NCBI RefSeq assembly: GCF_023055435.1
Contig: NW_025963790.1
Span: 496,001 to 560,000 of the forward strand
Length of the DNA: 64,000 nt
Direction of reading: 5' to 3'
Origin: Haliotis rufescens
Lineage: Eukaryota
Within the stretch, counting starts at the first letter, position 1, and the number at the start of each line of letters is the position of its first letter. Shown in pieces: positions 1-13,431 of the stretch. The notes beneath the pieces were generated by a model, which was not told the DNA's origin, searched no databases, and was given only the letters and a program-made list of their open reading frames with translations. Made by a program: the position numbers and the translations under genes.

Positions 1-1476
1 TAACATTTGAGAACCTATAAATGATCCCTGAATGAGTATGTGTCAACAAGAGAATACTTATCTTGTTCCCCTTTTCTCGCCACCAGTTAAGAGAACAATA
101 GAAGAGGGTCCTGATGGGGTATACTGTTTAGCGCAACTGTTTTTTGTCTAAAAGATATGATGAATCTAATCTTATTGATTCTAATAAGCACTCTGTCTTG
201 AATGTTTTATTGAGAGAGTGATTTAATGTTGATTCATTGATTGTATTAGAAACTTGGAAATGTAAAGTTATATATTTGGGATGTATGTCGATTTGACAGT
301 TTGCTAAAGACTGAAATGCATTGTATATTGTGTATCGCCATGAAAATAATTGTTTAGGCTGCTGTCTTTATTGTGTGACAATGCATTGTTAGATATGGTT
401 GAGTGTTGTGAAACCGACACAACAGATTTACTGAAAATGGACACATGAGGTCTTGTTCAAACAGGTTTATCCATAAAGGCACGTTTGCTCACCTTCAAAA
501 GCTGTATCCACCTACATTCATAACCAGAGGTGATGACACCCCTTTCTAAGGTTACAAAAACAACAGTACTATGTACATTATGGGAAGAAGTTGGTATGTA
601 CTATTCAAGTATTTTGTTATGAATGGTGATGTTAATATTTTATTCCAAAGTATTTTGACTTTGTGTGGATCGACACATGCTCTGAGTAAAAGCATATGTT
701 TGAAGTTATATGGTATCTTCAGATGATATTGTGACTGAAGAGGTAAGTACAGGTTTGAGTGAATAAGGCATCAAAGCAAGCTTTCCAAGTGGAATGGCAC
801 AGGATTTATTACACTGTGATCTTAAATGTACACTGTTTCCTCATACTGTTGGAATTTAGAACTTTTTTCTGATGATATGCCTTCAAGTTTTTGTTGCAGC
901 TTTTTTGAAGTATCTTTTTCAAATTGATTACTTACTGTGTGAAGTCTTAATCTGAAGCTGATTTACAAACATAAATGAAATCTAATATACACTGTATGAC
1001 ATGTTATGACCGATTCCAATAATTCAAACTATTGAATGACATTTTGCACATTGTGACACTTGGAACATGTATGTTCCCTTGTAGTGTTAATGACAGAACC
1101 ACTCTGGTACCACCTATATACTTTCATTTTCGGCCTCTGTTGTAAGAATGCATTTTTTCGCGATATTTTGGCAATAATATGTTTTGTATCATTCGCCAAG
1201 AAATGGACTAGCTGATATTTTTGCAACCCTTGATGCTGAGCTGTTTTTACTTATCTTGAGTAGAGTAATGATTCTGTTAATGCATATAGCCTCAAGTTTA
1301 CTCGAGTAGGAGAATAGGAGATATATCAGTGACGCATCCTACAGGCTCCGTTCTGGACTTTGTTTTGAAACTTCAAATGATTGATGGCTTTGGTAAGCAT
1401 GAAAGTTACTGGAGAAAGCTTTATAGGTATTGCTTCTGTAGCAGGGCAAAGAGGCGCCTCAAAGATGACACATATA

Positions 1477-1548
1477 ACCTCTTTGGTTATGTGGACAAGG
1501 CGTCTGACCTTGGATCAGAAGTTCCGTGGTTTGAATCCCATCATGGAA
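1477..1548 (+). pseudogene. Degenerate tRNA-Arg(TCG)-like sequence
   Basis: ggacaaggcgtctgaccttggatcagaag...ggtttgaatccc resembles the D arm, anticodon arm and T arm of eukaryotic tRNA-Arg-TCG. The anticodon loop, T loop and acceptor stem are mutated. Confidence 0.5.
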
Positions 1549-3292
1549 CTAGAAAGTTTTATGGCTGATGAATTTCAGTTTTTTTTGTGACAAACAAACG
1601 AAGGAGTAGAATGTCCATCTTAGATGACAGGTTAAGTTTCAAAAGTTTTTTATGAAGTTGAAAGTTGAATGAGTTGTTTAACATGAATACTACAAGCAAC
1701 CTGCAATTCTTGAACGGAGCCATTTTACCCATTGTGATATTCGCATTTGTAAGCTGGCTTTGCAGCTGAATTTTTTTTTGCATGTTACCATCTTTTCCCA
1801 TATGGATTCTACTGATGCACTTATATGTAAGCCAACCATTTGTATGATTCTTGGTCAAAATATGGCATGTGGTATAAAATCTATTGATGTATGCCAAGGA
1901 TGAAGTATTTTTTCAATACGAGTTGGCTGACTCCTGGAATATTTTGACTTGGTATGGGATGAAATATGGACAATATTGATATGTATGAGGGCTGACTTGC
2001 TAAATATTATGCTGTATCTTATGACATTTCATTGTATATGTGATATTAGTGGCAAAGCATCAAGGGTTAGGGTTTCTGACTACTCCTAATGAAACCATCG
2101 TTGCCATGGAATGCAGGTTGGTTCGCACGCATTTTACATGAACTTGCGGGCTATTGTCGGTTCTTGCTGGAGTTTTGGGTTATTGCCTTAGCGCCTTCTA
2201 CTTTCTGTGATGAATCTTATGGTCGCTCCAAATGCAGACATGTTTAGTCCAAGTGTTGGAAGCATACATGCTCATAACAGTTACTTGGTGATAATGGCGA
2301 CGTTTTGTTATTATTGAGAGTGCTGCAAAATTCTATCTGATGGCCTGTTACTGACTGATACTGATAGGCCCTGATTGAATCTAATTTATGTCTTCTGTTG
2401 GTGGTAAAACTGACTAAGTTGTGAAAAAACTATTAAAAATATTGAAATGACATCTTTTTGTGTTTGTGATTTTTCCTGAAAACGTTTTTCTCTGCACAGG
2501 TGCTGTTAATGATCAGCCTGGAGCTAGAAGATAGTAGTCTTGTTATATTCTATAATTATCAAGCAGTTTGTGAAGGATTTAATGAAACTTTGTGTGTCTG
2601 CTTTATGGTGGTGCTGAGAATGGAAACAGACCCCTTATGACCGATATACAAGATGTCATCTTTGTAAATTATGTTTGCAATTTTCACGAACATCCCCAGT
2701 AATTGTAATTTTGTTGAAACTTAGTACACATCATCCTGAGAGTGGGGCATTGTCGTTAGGTTGTGAGTAACCATCGTTAAGAGTCAGGGTCATTTATTAG
2801 GTTGTTCTGCTTTAATTTATTGTATTCTAAACCAACCTCGTGTTTGTATGACATGCATGTAAGAACCTATGCCCGTGTTTTCAACTGAAAAAAAAATGAT
2901 CGGATGAAATTAAGGGTCAAGGTAATTAAACCGGAAGTGCTTGTATCGTTTTTATTGTAGCTAGAGACATGGAACTTTCCATTTTAAAGTTATCTTGCAT
3001 TGGATATACGTTTTCCCAAACTGGAAGTGATGTCATTAATTCAGAAGGGCTTACTTTTGGTATTCAGGGGCACATGATTAAATTGTCCTGCATTTGACAA
3101 CATCCTGTGAGGTCAGCCATCACTTGATATGGTGCCAGGTTTTAGAAAATCACATGGGGAAGAGTAATGCATGGCATGATGGAACGCAATTCTAAGAAGA
3201 ATCTTTCTTTCTCTCAAATATGTATAATGATATGTGTACAATATGATTGTTGCTCGGCAACAATCAAAAGAAGCGTTGACCCATTTCTTTGT

Positions 3293-6200
3293 AGCGAGTT
3301 CTGTCTGTCGAGATGGAAGGGGAAGGGCCTGAAACATATGGCATGGCAGGAAATGTTAACAAATTTCCATGTAGCAAGGTCCGTGGGTTTAAATTTTAGC
3401 GATATCTGCATGTCTCATCAGATCTACTTCATTATATAATATTACAACAATGTAGCTTTTACTTTGAAGGGATAAATGATGAAAAAAATATTAATAACTT
3501 CAGCACTGCAGATATATTAATGTCAACAGTATCACATCACTATGATTGTGTCAACTTAATACCCCATGTTCCTTAAAAATAGTAAATGTTTCAGGAGGTC
3601 ATTGTTGTGAAAACATATTACTAGTGATGTTTTGATAATATGTTTGATTTCTACTTTTATATTACATAAATATTTAAATTGAAATGTGTCAAATCCTGAT
3701 TCCTGATTTTGAAGGTACCACATGCAAATTGCAATTTGTTTTGTCTTCTGGGTTACACGTGCACTTTATGACTGACAGTATTGCTACTTGCATGAATACG
3801 TTGTTATGCTACAAACTTTTTTGCGCCGTGTTGATCCTCTGGATCAAAGTTATCTTGTTAACGATCTTGATTATTGATCAGAGGTATGACCGCAACTCAT
3901 TTTCGACTAAGCGCCACAACTCGGGCAGTGTCGCCCTGTCTCGTGAGATCAATTAATTGTCTGAGGGGGAATCTCTGCTGTAAACTTTTCAATAAAAGAA
4001 AAGATTGAAGCATACTTTCTTAATTGTGTATGTATTTTGTGTGATCGATTATATTACGCAAATGTTAAGGGTAATGAAAAAAATAGTCTCTCGGTTTGTT
4101 TTGTCGTTTGAAACGACTTGGGTCTGTCTAGTCATATAACACACCTAATCTGCCTGTATATGGCAACGCTCACTAAAATCAAAACCGCACGAACACAAAA
4201 ACGTAAACAAAAATTTTAAAATCTATTTATGACTCACATTTAAACGGCTACAAACCAGTGCCTGATCAAAATGAAAAAAAAAAATGTAATGGGGTTTGTA
4301 AAGGAAAACTTGCTATTCTGTCACACTTCAGCATATTGTTACAGATCATTTATACAATATTTATGTCTACGTGCATTTTATGTTTCTTTACCAATCTGGT
4401 CATATATAATTTACGTCTCCTGTCCCCACGAGTGTCAATAAGAATAATTCCAATTTGATGTCTACATATTCAGTATTACCTGCTTCCCCGATATACATTT
4501 CACTGGACTCGGGCTTCCGACCAGAAATAACCGACCGTCAACCAAGCCTACTGTCAAATGTACCACCAGATAATGTCGGTGTTCATAGATGTCACTGTCA
4601 ATCGTCGCCACTAATAAATATGATGACTTGCCCCTGCACAAAGTCGCGTTTTTGTCATGACGTCTTGCCTCTTAATGCCTAAACAGGAAATATGTAACAC
4701 ACATTAAAAAAACAACTAAATGCAGCATGTGTCCCCTTTTCGAAAATTATCTTTTCAATAAAAAGTTGTGAAATGGCGTTTACGCCGCGATCAAGATTAT
4801 TAGACTTCAATAGCGACATGCATGCGTGCATGCGTCTCTGTGTGTTACTTGTATTAGCCCGACTAATCCCGACTTAATAGTACTAGCCCATTGAGATAGC
4901 ATGCAGCATTTAATTGAATACTCCACTAAGACAGTGTACTGACGCCGAGCCGACCAATTCTAGTTTTAGCCCCGAAATGCCGAGCGCCAGGCAAGGTAAC
5001 AAGTACCATCATTAAACGTCATTTGGTATGACGCGGTCGTGGATCGAACCCCGACCTCTACTACTAGACCACGGAATTTTTTTTAAAAGAAAGGGGGAAA
5101 GAAGACGTATGTTGCCAAGTGAATGACGTTACAAAGGAAATATAGTCCAAGAGATGGGAGCGATTTATTTCACCGAAGAGGTCCATACAAGTTAATGCTT
5201 GTATCCAGGACAAAATGGCTGGTTTTTTTCCAAAATGTTTGTCTTACAAAAATCTGATGGTCCATTTTCACACTAGTGGGCGCTAAAGTAATGACTCAGC
5301 ATTCTTTTTACATAATACTTCCTAAAAGTAAATGGATGTTTTCATCACAACTAATACTATTTTCTTTTAATTTTTGGTGTCAAAATAAAGAGAATACAAC
5401 AACCTACACAGTCATACACAAAACTTAAGCGTTCTGATATATTTCGGGTACAATAACCAATATTGACACTTTATGTTCATTTTCCTTCCTTCACATTAAA
5501 AACAAACATTGCATAAATTGTATTTTCTACAACAGAAATGTGTTAGAAATTAAGATAATATTTCTTAGCATTCCTTTAAATGTAATTTAAAGATTATTGC
5601 AAAATTAGTGACCATGGTCGTATTTTAAAAATTGACAAGGGAGAAAACTTCTTGCAATGGTATTCATAAAAGTTGTCATTTGGATACATTTTATGAAAAA
5701 TAAAACCATCTGAGATAAGAATCTTTAGTTGATGGGTAATAAAGAGCACAAAAACATTTCTCAATAAATGTCAATACAAAGAGGTATTTTACAGCAGCTT
5801 CGATTAGGAGATGAACCTACTGTGTTTTGAAATTTGATGTCCCACTGTAGAGTAGATACCTCTTCTTCTAATTTGGAACCGAGTGCTTTCCACAGTAGGG
5901 TTATCTCCATTCTACCATGAAGGCAACAACGCTTGGAAAACGGTGCTCTCTTGCAACACGTAACAATACAGGGTACAAAGGTTCGCAGTCTTAGAGCATT
6001 CTGAAAAAATGATCACAGGTAACAAATGTAACAATTATTTCTTAAGTTCAAGATTAAAAACACCATAATGTTGAGTATTTCAAAATAAGTGTTCAAAACA
6101 CATAGTTTTTCAAAAAGAAATTGACAAATAACCCTGCACACTTAGTCCAAAGATTGTGCACTGTTTGGACTCACCAAGTCATTTCTTGGAAATCCGCGAG

Positions 6201-7190
6201 AGAAGTCATTTCTTGGAATTCGAACATGCCATTTTAATTGATGGGGTGACAGGTTGTAGAAATAGTTTTTAAATGCTAAAAGAATATATTTCTTCAACAA
6301 ACTTAATGAATTAACATCATGATTGACATCATGAGCATCGATCCACGCAATTGGGATCGATGACATTTATCAACAAAGTCAGCGAGCCTGACCACCCGAT
6401 CCCGTTAGTCGCCTTTTATGACAAGCAAAGTCACCTTTTACGGCAAGTGTGGGTTGCTGAAGACCTATTCTACCCCAGAAACTTCACGGGTCTCAGCAGA
6501 TCTATGATGTGGTTCAACATTAACCTGTAGATTCACTGGGAATGAGCCTGCTGGTGCAATGTGATTACCAATGGAACTGGAGTATGAGTGAACAGCCGCC
6601 TTTTGGGGCTGCAGACTGTCAATTTGAAGTTTTCACAGATTCAATAAAAGCTTGAGAAAGAAAATTATGTGGACAGTTGTGGACCAGAAACAGTAGTTCG
6701 TGCGTGTTCTGAATTGAATCTCATGAAGTTTAATAAGTTGCTACGATTAAGTGTGCACTGACTTCAGTGATGTCGGGACATTGTTTTCACCTTTCGAAGG
6801 AAGCGAGAGAATCTAGGAGTGTTTTCCGATGGACTTTTAAATCCTCTACTGCCAAATCTTTACGGTGATGGTAGACGGAGATGGCAATGAATATTGATCA
6901 CAAAAAGGTTTGTAAACAACATGTCATGAAGAAAGTTTCTTCAAACATAATGTTATATTTTACTGTCACTGTCGGTTGTTTCAACAAGGAAATAGTCTGT
7001 TTCGATTCTGGTTCCTAACATTTCATAAACATTTCATTCGAATGGAAAATATATGCTTTCGTTAAATCTCGAAATGTCTTCAACAAGGCAGTCAGGGTTA
7101 CGTCCTAGAATGCCAAAAATATCAATCAAACGACCGTATTTCATCTATTAGACCCTAGGCCGTCTATTATTTTTGCGAGAGAGCCATTGA
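3293..7190 (+). repeat. Segmental duplication, copy 1
   Basis: Colinear with, and roughly 90% identical by eye to, 8408-13387. Confidence 0.93.
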
Positions 7191-7982
7191 CTCGGGGTGT
7201 ATTTGACACCTGGCTTGTATTTGAGACCCAGCAAGTAATAGAGGAAATATTGATACGTTTTACAGTTCATATGGAGGTGGTCGATCGGCAGCCATTTTTT
7301 ATAAATCGGTATGTAGGCTATCGATGTATTTATACCCACGTTTTTGTGTGAAAAGGCTTGATTTATTTGAAAGGGGTCTCTGTAGCAAAAAGGAAACCTT
7401 TTTAGCCAATCAGAATCAAGCATTCATCAATGTCATTGTAGAATTCAGGGTAAGCTACCATAACACCTGCGACATTTGGATGTGTCCAGTGCCAATATGA
7501 TATACCTAATAAACTGCATTCCTGTGCATAATAATGAACATTAATGAATCGAAAAAATAATATATGTATTTTCGTTCCCATTAATAATCATTTTAGCCAC
7601 TTGAATTACGAAAGAAACGAAATAGGAAATATATTGAAAATAAATGTGCTTTCATAAACTAGCGCTTATTATATAAAAAGCGCCGCCGTAGGCTTTATTT
7701 AGTAAACAAATATTAAAAACTCTCAACATCGCTGGGAGTTTTTCAATGACGTCTGCGTGTAGAGATAATAGATTACTGGGAGGAGTTTATGCCCACTCGA
7801 TGACCCCTGACGTCACAGGGCATTGTTTCGCCGATGTGACTGGCAACAAAACATTCGTAACAACTTGTGTTATTACGGGACAATAGAATAGCTTCCCTTG
7901 ATAAAGGGCAGTTACTCTGGCGGGCAGACCTTGCAATGTTTAGGTAATGTTTATGAGAGATGGGAAGAGTTTTTCGAACACA

Positions 7983-8172
7983 GAATTGAAGAATGACATT
8001 ACATGATAATGAGGTTATCACGCTTGTGTGTTTGGGGATGGTAAATATCCTGTATTAGCCAAGGTAGCCAAGCCTCCCAAAATACAATGTTAATTCCTAA
8101 TACCGGATATTTACCATTCCCAAACACACTCGCGTGATTACCGCATTATCATGTAATGTCATTCTTCAATTC
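7983..8172. repeat. Inverted repeat with 76-bp arms and a 38-bp spacer
   Basis: 7983-8058 versus the reverse complement of 8097-8172, about 90% matched. Confidence 0.88.
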
Positions 8173-8250
8173 GTGTGAGCAAAGTTACCTGGACAGAAGA
8201 GTAATATTGCTGACACCAGATACATTTGATGGAAGCATCTCTTGACAGAA

Positions 8251-8405
8251 TAGGGGGCACAGGTGGCACAGTCGTCTAAGGTGCCGCGATTCGCTGTGCA
8301 GGGTTGCGTCCTTGGGCACGCCAGAAACCTATGATTGTGGGTTCGAATCCCGGTTCGCCCCGATTATGTTTCTATGTTTGTCAGCACCATACCCGTGCTC
8401 GTGGG
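8251..8405 (+). mobile_element. SINE family B 5' half at the left junction of duplication copy 2
   Basis: Matches 18613-18766, then switches abruptly to the duplicated sequence. Confidence 0.82.
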
Positions 8406-8657
8406 ACAGTGAGTTCTGTTTGTCGAGATGGAAGGGGACGGGCCTGAAGCATACGTCATGGCGGGAAACGTTCACAAATTTCCACGTAGCAAGGTCCGTG
8501 GGTTTAAATTTTAGCGACAACTGCATGTCTCATCAGATCTACTTCATTATGAAATAATATGACTACAATGTAGCTTTTACTTTGAAGGGATTAACTATGA
8601 AAAAAATATTAATAACTTTAGCACTGTATATATATTAATGTCAACAGTATCACATCA

Positions 8658-9939
8658 TATACTTGTTAGCAGTCATTAACAAAAAAACAAAAACACAAGT
8701 AAACAAAAGTCTTTACGGCCATTTGTCATGCAACGCCTTTCAAATTTTCAACGTGAACGTGCCATCGGCATGTTGCAGACGGGAACGTCCGTAGCTGAAG
8801 TCGCAAGGACGAGGGGTTGTAGTCAATGGACTGTTTATGATTTACAGACGTGTCTACAGCAAACCGGTACAACCGCTGATCGCCCTCGGCCAGGTCGACC
8901 ACGTGTGACGTCACATGCAGAGGATCGTCAGATTGTCTTACGTCACCTCCGTAACCGATTTTTGACCGCTACATCAAGCAGAAATGAACTGTTTAGGGGT
9001 AGACTGAGTGCGCAAACTGTTTGAAACCATCTGAGAACTGCTCACCTTCAAGCACGACGGCCATACTGCGGGCCGATTCTGACTCAATAACACAGACGTC
9101 AACGTCAATTGTGGGCACAGCGACACTTACGATGGACTCAGAGGAATTGGAATCAAGTCGTCTTCAGTGATGAATCCCGATTTAATCTTCGATTTGCTGA
9201 TGGTAGGGCGAGGGTGTGGAGGCGCCGTCATGAACGTTACGCCCAGTGTTGTGTACAGGAAGTTGACAGATTTCGAGGCGGAAGTGTCATGGTGTGGGGT
9301 GCTCTCTGTGGCAATGCACGTTCCAGGCTTCTTGTCATCCATGGCAATCTCAACGCTGCTCCTTACCGCGAACAGGTACTGGCACCAGAACTTCTGCCTT
9401 TTATGGCAGCACATGGACCCGCTTTGATCTTCCAACACGACAATGCCAGACCCGACACGGCAATTTTGACAAGGAATTTCCTTCAGAATGCGGGAGTCAA
9501 CGTCATGGACTGGCCGTCAAGGTCTCCCGACCTCAATCCCGTCGAACACGTCTGGGAGGGTCTTTGCAGAAGTCTGCGCACTCTCCAGAACCAACCACAG
9601 AATTTGAAAGATCTTGGCACCATTTTGCAGCAACAATGGCGTCGTCTTCCCAATCATGTGTTCACAAGCATCATAAGGTCCATGCGGAGGCATTGTGTGG
9701 CAGTTGTCAACGCACATGGAGGCCATACACTCTACTGAACTTGTGTGCCATCAGATTCACGTGCTTGGGACTTATGATTTAAACTGTTGATGTTATTACC
9801 GAATACCGTAGATGCTTGGAACAAATTATGGTTACCACCGTTAATTAAAATCCTTCTTTGGACATTAATGATACATTTGTCCGTTGTATATCATATATGG
9901 GATTACTTTTAAAAATGTGAAGTTTTTAATTTGACTCAG
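8658..9939 (+). mobile_element. Tc1/mariner DD34E transposon, left end missing; transposase 8728-9738 has two in-frame stops
   Basis: HTH region with GRPR, then FSDESRF, FQHDNARP-34-SPDLNPVE. The right end (...tttgactcag|TA) has no inverted partner on the left. Absent from duplication copy 1. Confidence 0.92.
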
Positions 9940-12325
9940 TATATATTAATGTCAACAGTATCACATCACTATGATTGTGTCAACTTACTACCCCATGTTT
10001 CTGAAAAAAATAGTAAATGTTTCAGGAGGTCATTGTTGTGTAAACATATTACTAGGGTTGTTTTCATAATATGTTTGATTTCTTCTTTTATATTACAAAA
10101 ATATTTAAATTGAAATGAGTCGTTTCCTGATTTTGAAGGTACCACATGCAAATTGCAATTTGTTTTGTCTTCTGGGTAACACGTGCGCTTTATGACTGAC
10201 AGTATGACTACTTGCATGAATACGTTGTTATGCTACAAACTTTTTTTTTGCGCCGTGTTGATCCTCTGGATCAAAGTTATCTTGTTAAATTAACGATTTT
10301 GATTATTGATCAGAGGTATGACCGCAACTCATTTTCAACTAAGCGCCACAACTCGGGCAGTGTCGCTCTACGTCTCGCTAGATCAATTAATTCGCTGCAG
10401 GGGAACTCATTTCTCTGCTGTAAACTTTTCAATAAAAGGAGAGATTGAAGCATAATTTCTTAACTGTGTATGTACTAGTATTTTGTTTTGATCTATTATC
10501 TTACACAAACGTTAAGGGTAATGAAAAAATAGTCTCTCTGTTTGTTTTGTCGTTTGAAACGACTTGGGTCTGTCTAGTCATATAACACAAATGATCTGCC
10601 TGTATATGGCAACGCTCACCAAAATCAAAACCGCACAAACACATAAACGTCAACAAAAATTTCAAAATCTATTTATGACTCACATTTTAACGGCCACTAA
10701 CCAGTGCCTGATCAAAATGAAAAAAAAAATGTTAAGGGGTTTGTAAACTTGCTATTCTGTCACACGTCAGCACATTGCTACAGATCATTTATACAATATT
10801 TATGTCTACGTGAATTTTACGTTTCTTTACCAATCTGGTCAAATATAATTTACGTCTCCTGGCCCCACGAGTGTCAATAAGAATCATTCCAATTTTATGT
10901 CTTTTCTTTGAACATATTCAACATTATGTGCCCCGATATACATTTCACTGGACTCAGGCTTCGGACCAGAAATAACCAACTGTCAACCAAGCCTACTGTC
11001 AAATGTACCTCAAGATAACGTCGGTGTTCAAAGATGCCACTGTCAATCGCGCGATTAATAAATATGATGAATTGCCCCTGCACAAAGTCGCGTTTTGTCA
11101 TGACGTCTTGCCTCTTAATGCCTAAACAGGAAATATGTAACACACATTAAAAAAACTAAATGCAGCATGTGTCCTCTTTTCGAAAATTATGTTTTCAATA
11201 AAAAGTTGAGGTGAAAAGGCGTTTACACCGCGATCAAGATTATTAGACTTCAATAGCGACGTGCAAAAATCTGATGGTCCATTTTCACACTAGTGGGGGC
11301 TAAAGTAATAACTCAGCACTTTTTTACATTATACTTCCTAAAAGTAAATGGATGTTTTCATCACAACTAATACTATTTTCTTTTAATTTTTGGTGTCAAA
11401 ATAAAGAGAATACAACAACCTACACAGTCATACACAAAACTTAAGCGTTCTGATATATTTCGGGTACAATAACCAATATTGACACTTTATGTTCATTTTC
11501 CTTCCTTCACATTCAAAACAAACATTGCATAAATTGTATTTTCTATAACAGAATTGTGTTAGAAATTAAGATAATATTTCTTAGCATTCCTTTAAATGTA
11601 ATTTAAAGATTATTGCAAAATTAGTGACCATGGTCATTTTTTAAAAGTTGACAAGGGAGAAAACTTCTTGCAATAGTATTCATAAAAGTTGTCATTTGGA
11701 TACATTTTATGAAAAATAAAACCATCTGAGATAAGAATCTTTAGTTGATGGGTAATAATTTGAAACCGAGTGCTTTCCACAGAAGGGGTTATCTCCATTC
11801 TACCATGACGCTTTGAAAACAGTGCACTCTTGCAACACGTAACAATACAGGGTACAAAGGTTCGCAGTCTTAGAACATTCTGAAAAATGATCACAGGTAA
11901 CAAATGTAACAATTATTACTTAAGTTCAAGATTAAAAACACCATAATCTTGAGTAGTTCGAAATAAGTGTTCAAAACACATAGTTTTTCAAAAAGAAATT
12001 GACAAATAACCCTCCACACTTAGTCCAAAGATAAATGATTAAATCTCTACCAACCTGCTGTGCACTGTTTGGACTCACCAAGTCATTTCTTGGAAATCCG
12101 CGAGAGAAGTCATCTCTTGGAAATCGAACATGCCATTTCCATTGATGGGGTGACAGGTTGTAGAAATAGTTTTAAAATGCTAAACGAATATATTTCTTCA
12201 ACAAACTTAATGAATTAACATTCTACTATTTATTTTGCATGTGTAAGTTTTATTCGTTAGGTAGCAATTACTCCCAGTAAAAAATAATAAATCAAAATAA
12301 ACGCCTCTCCATCCCGAAGCAGATC

Positions 12326-12328
<3 letters not shown>

Positions 12329-12357
<29 letters not shown>

Positions 12358-12372
12358 TGTATGTATGTATGT
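12329..12372. repeat. (TATG)n microsatellite
   Basis: Read directly from the sequence. Confidence 0.95.
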
Positions 12373-12625
12373 TGTTTAACGCCACAATCGGCAATATTCC
12401 GGCTATATGACGGCGGTCTGTAAAATAATCGTGTCTGGACCAGACAATCCAGTGATTGACATCATGAGCATCGATCCACGCAATTGGGATCGATGAAATT
12501 TATCAACCAAGTCAGTGAGCCTGACCACCCGATCCCGTTAGTCGCCTTTTACGACAAGCATAGTCACCTTTTATGGCATGTGTGGGTTGCTGAAGACCTA
12601 TTCTACCCCAGAAACTTCACGGGTC
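12371..12625 (-). mobile_element. SINE family A (partial duplicate at 6321-6492)
   Basis: Reverse-complement match to the family consensus; the tail runs into (TATG)n. Confidence 0.85.
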
Positions 12626-13431
12626 TCAGCAGATCTATGATGTGGCTCAACATTAACCTGTAGATTCACTGGGAATGAGCCTGCTGGTGCAATGTGATTA
12701 CCAGTGCAACTGGAGTATGAGTGAACAGCCGCCTTTTGGGCTGCAGACAAGTCGGTTATTTGAGAGGAGGAATCTGCATGATTTGACTTGTCAATTTGAA
12801 GTTTTCACAGCTTCAACACAAGCTTGAGAAAGAAAATTATGTGGACAGTTGTGGCCCAGAAACAGTAGTTCGTGCGTGTTCTGAATTGAATCTCAACAAG
12901 TTTAATAAGTTGCTACGATCAAGTGTGCACTGACTTCAGTGATGTCGGAAAATTATTTTCGTCTTTCGAACGAAGCTAGAGAATCTAGGAGTGTTTTCCG
13001 ATGGACTTTTAAATCCTCTCCTGCCAAATCCTTACGGCGATTGTAGACGGATGGCATTGAATATCGATCACAAAAAGGTTTGTAAACAACATGTCATGAA
13101 AAAAGTTTCTTCAAACATTTTTTATAATGTTATATTGTCACTGTCGGTTGTTTCAACGAGGAAATAGTCTGTTTTGATTCCGGTCACCATTGAATGTTCC
13201 AAACAGTATCATAAACATTTCATTCGTATGGAAAATACATGCGTTCGTTAAATCTCGAAATGTAATCAATGAAGCAGTCAGGGTTGCGTCCTAGAATGCC
13301 AAAATGCCAAAAATATCGATATCAAACTACCGTAATTTCTTCTATTAGACAGTGGGCCGTCTATTAATTTTGCGAGAGAGCCGTTGAATTGGAAATATAA
13401 TATTATATATAATATATATATCGTATTGGAA

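Larger units (their letters stand above)
8408..13387 (+). repeat. Segmental duplication, copy 2 (carries a Tc1 insertion)
   Basis: Matches 3293-7190 from 'gagttctgt.tgtcgagatggaagggga' to 'ttttgcgagagagcc.ttga', with copy-specific indels. Confidence 0.93.

Noticed and set aside
1-2440. Decayed coding-like or LINE-like sequence
   Set aside because: No recognisable domain motif in the frames I read.
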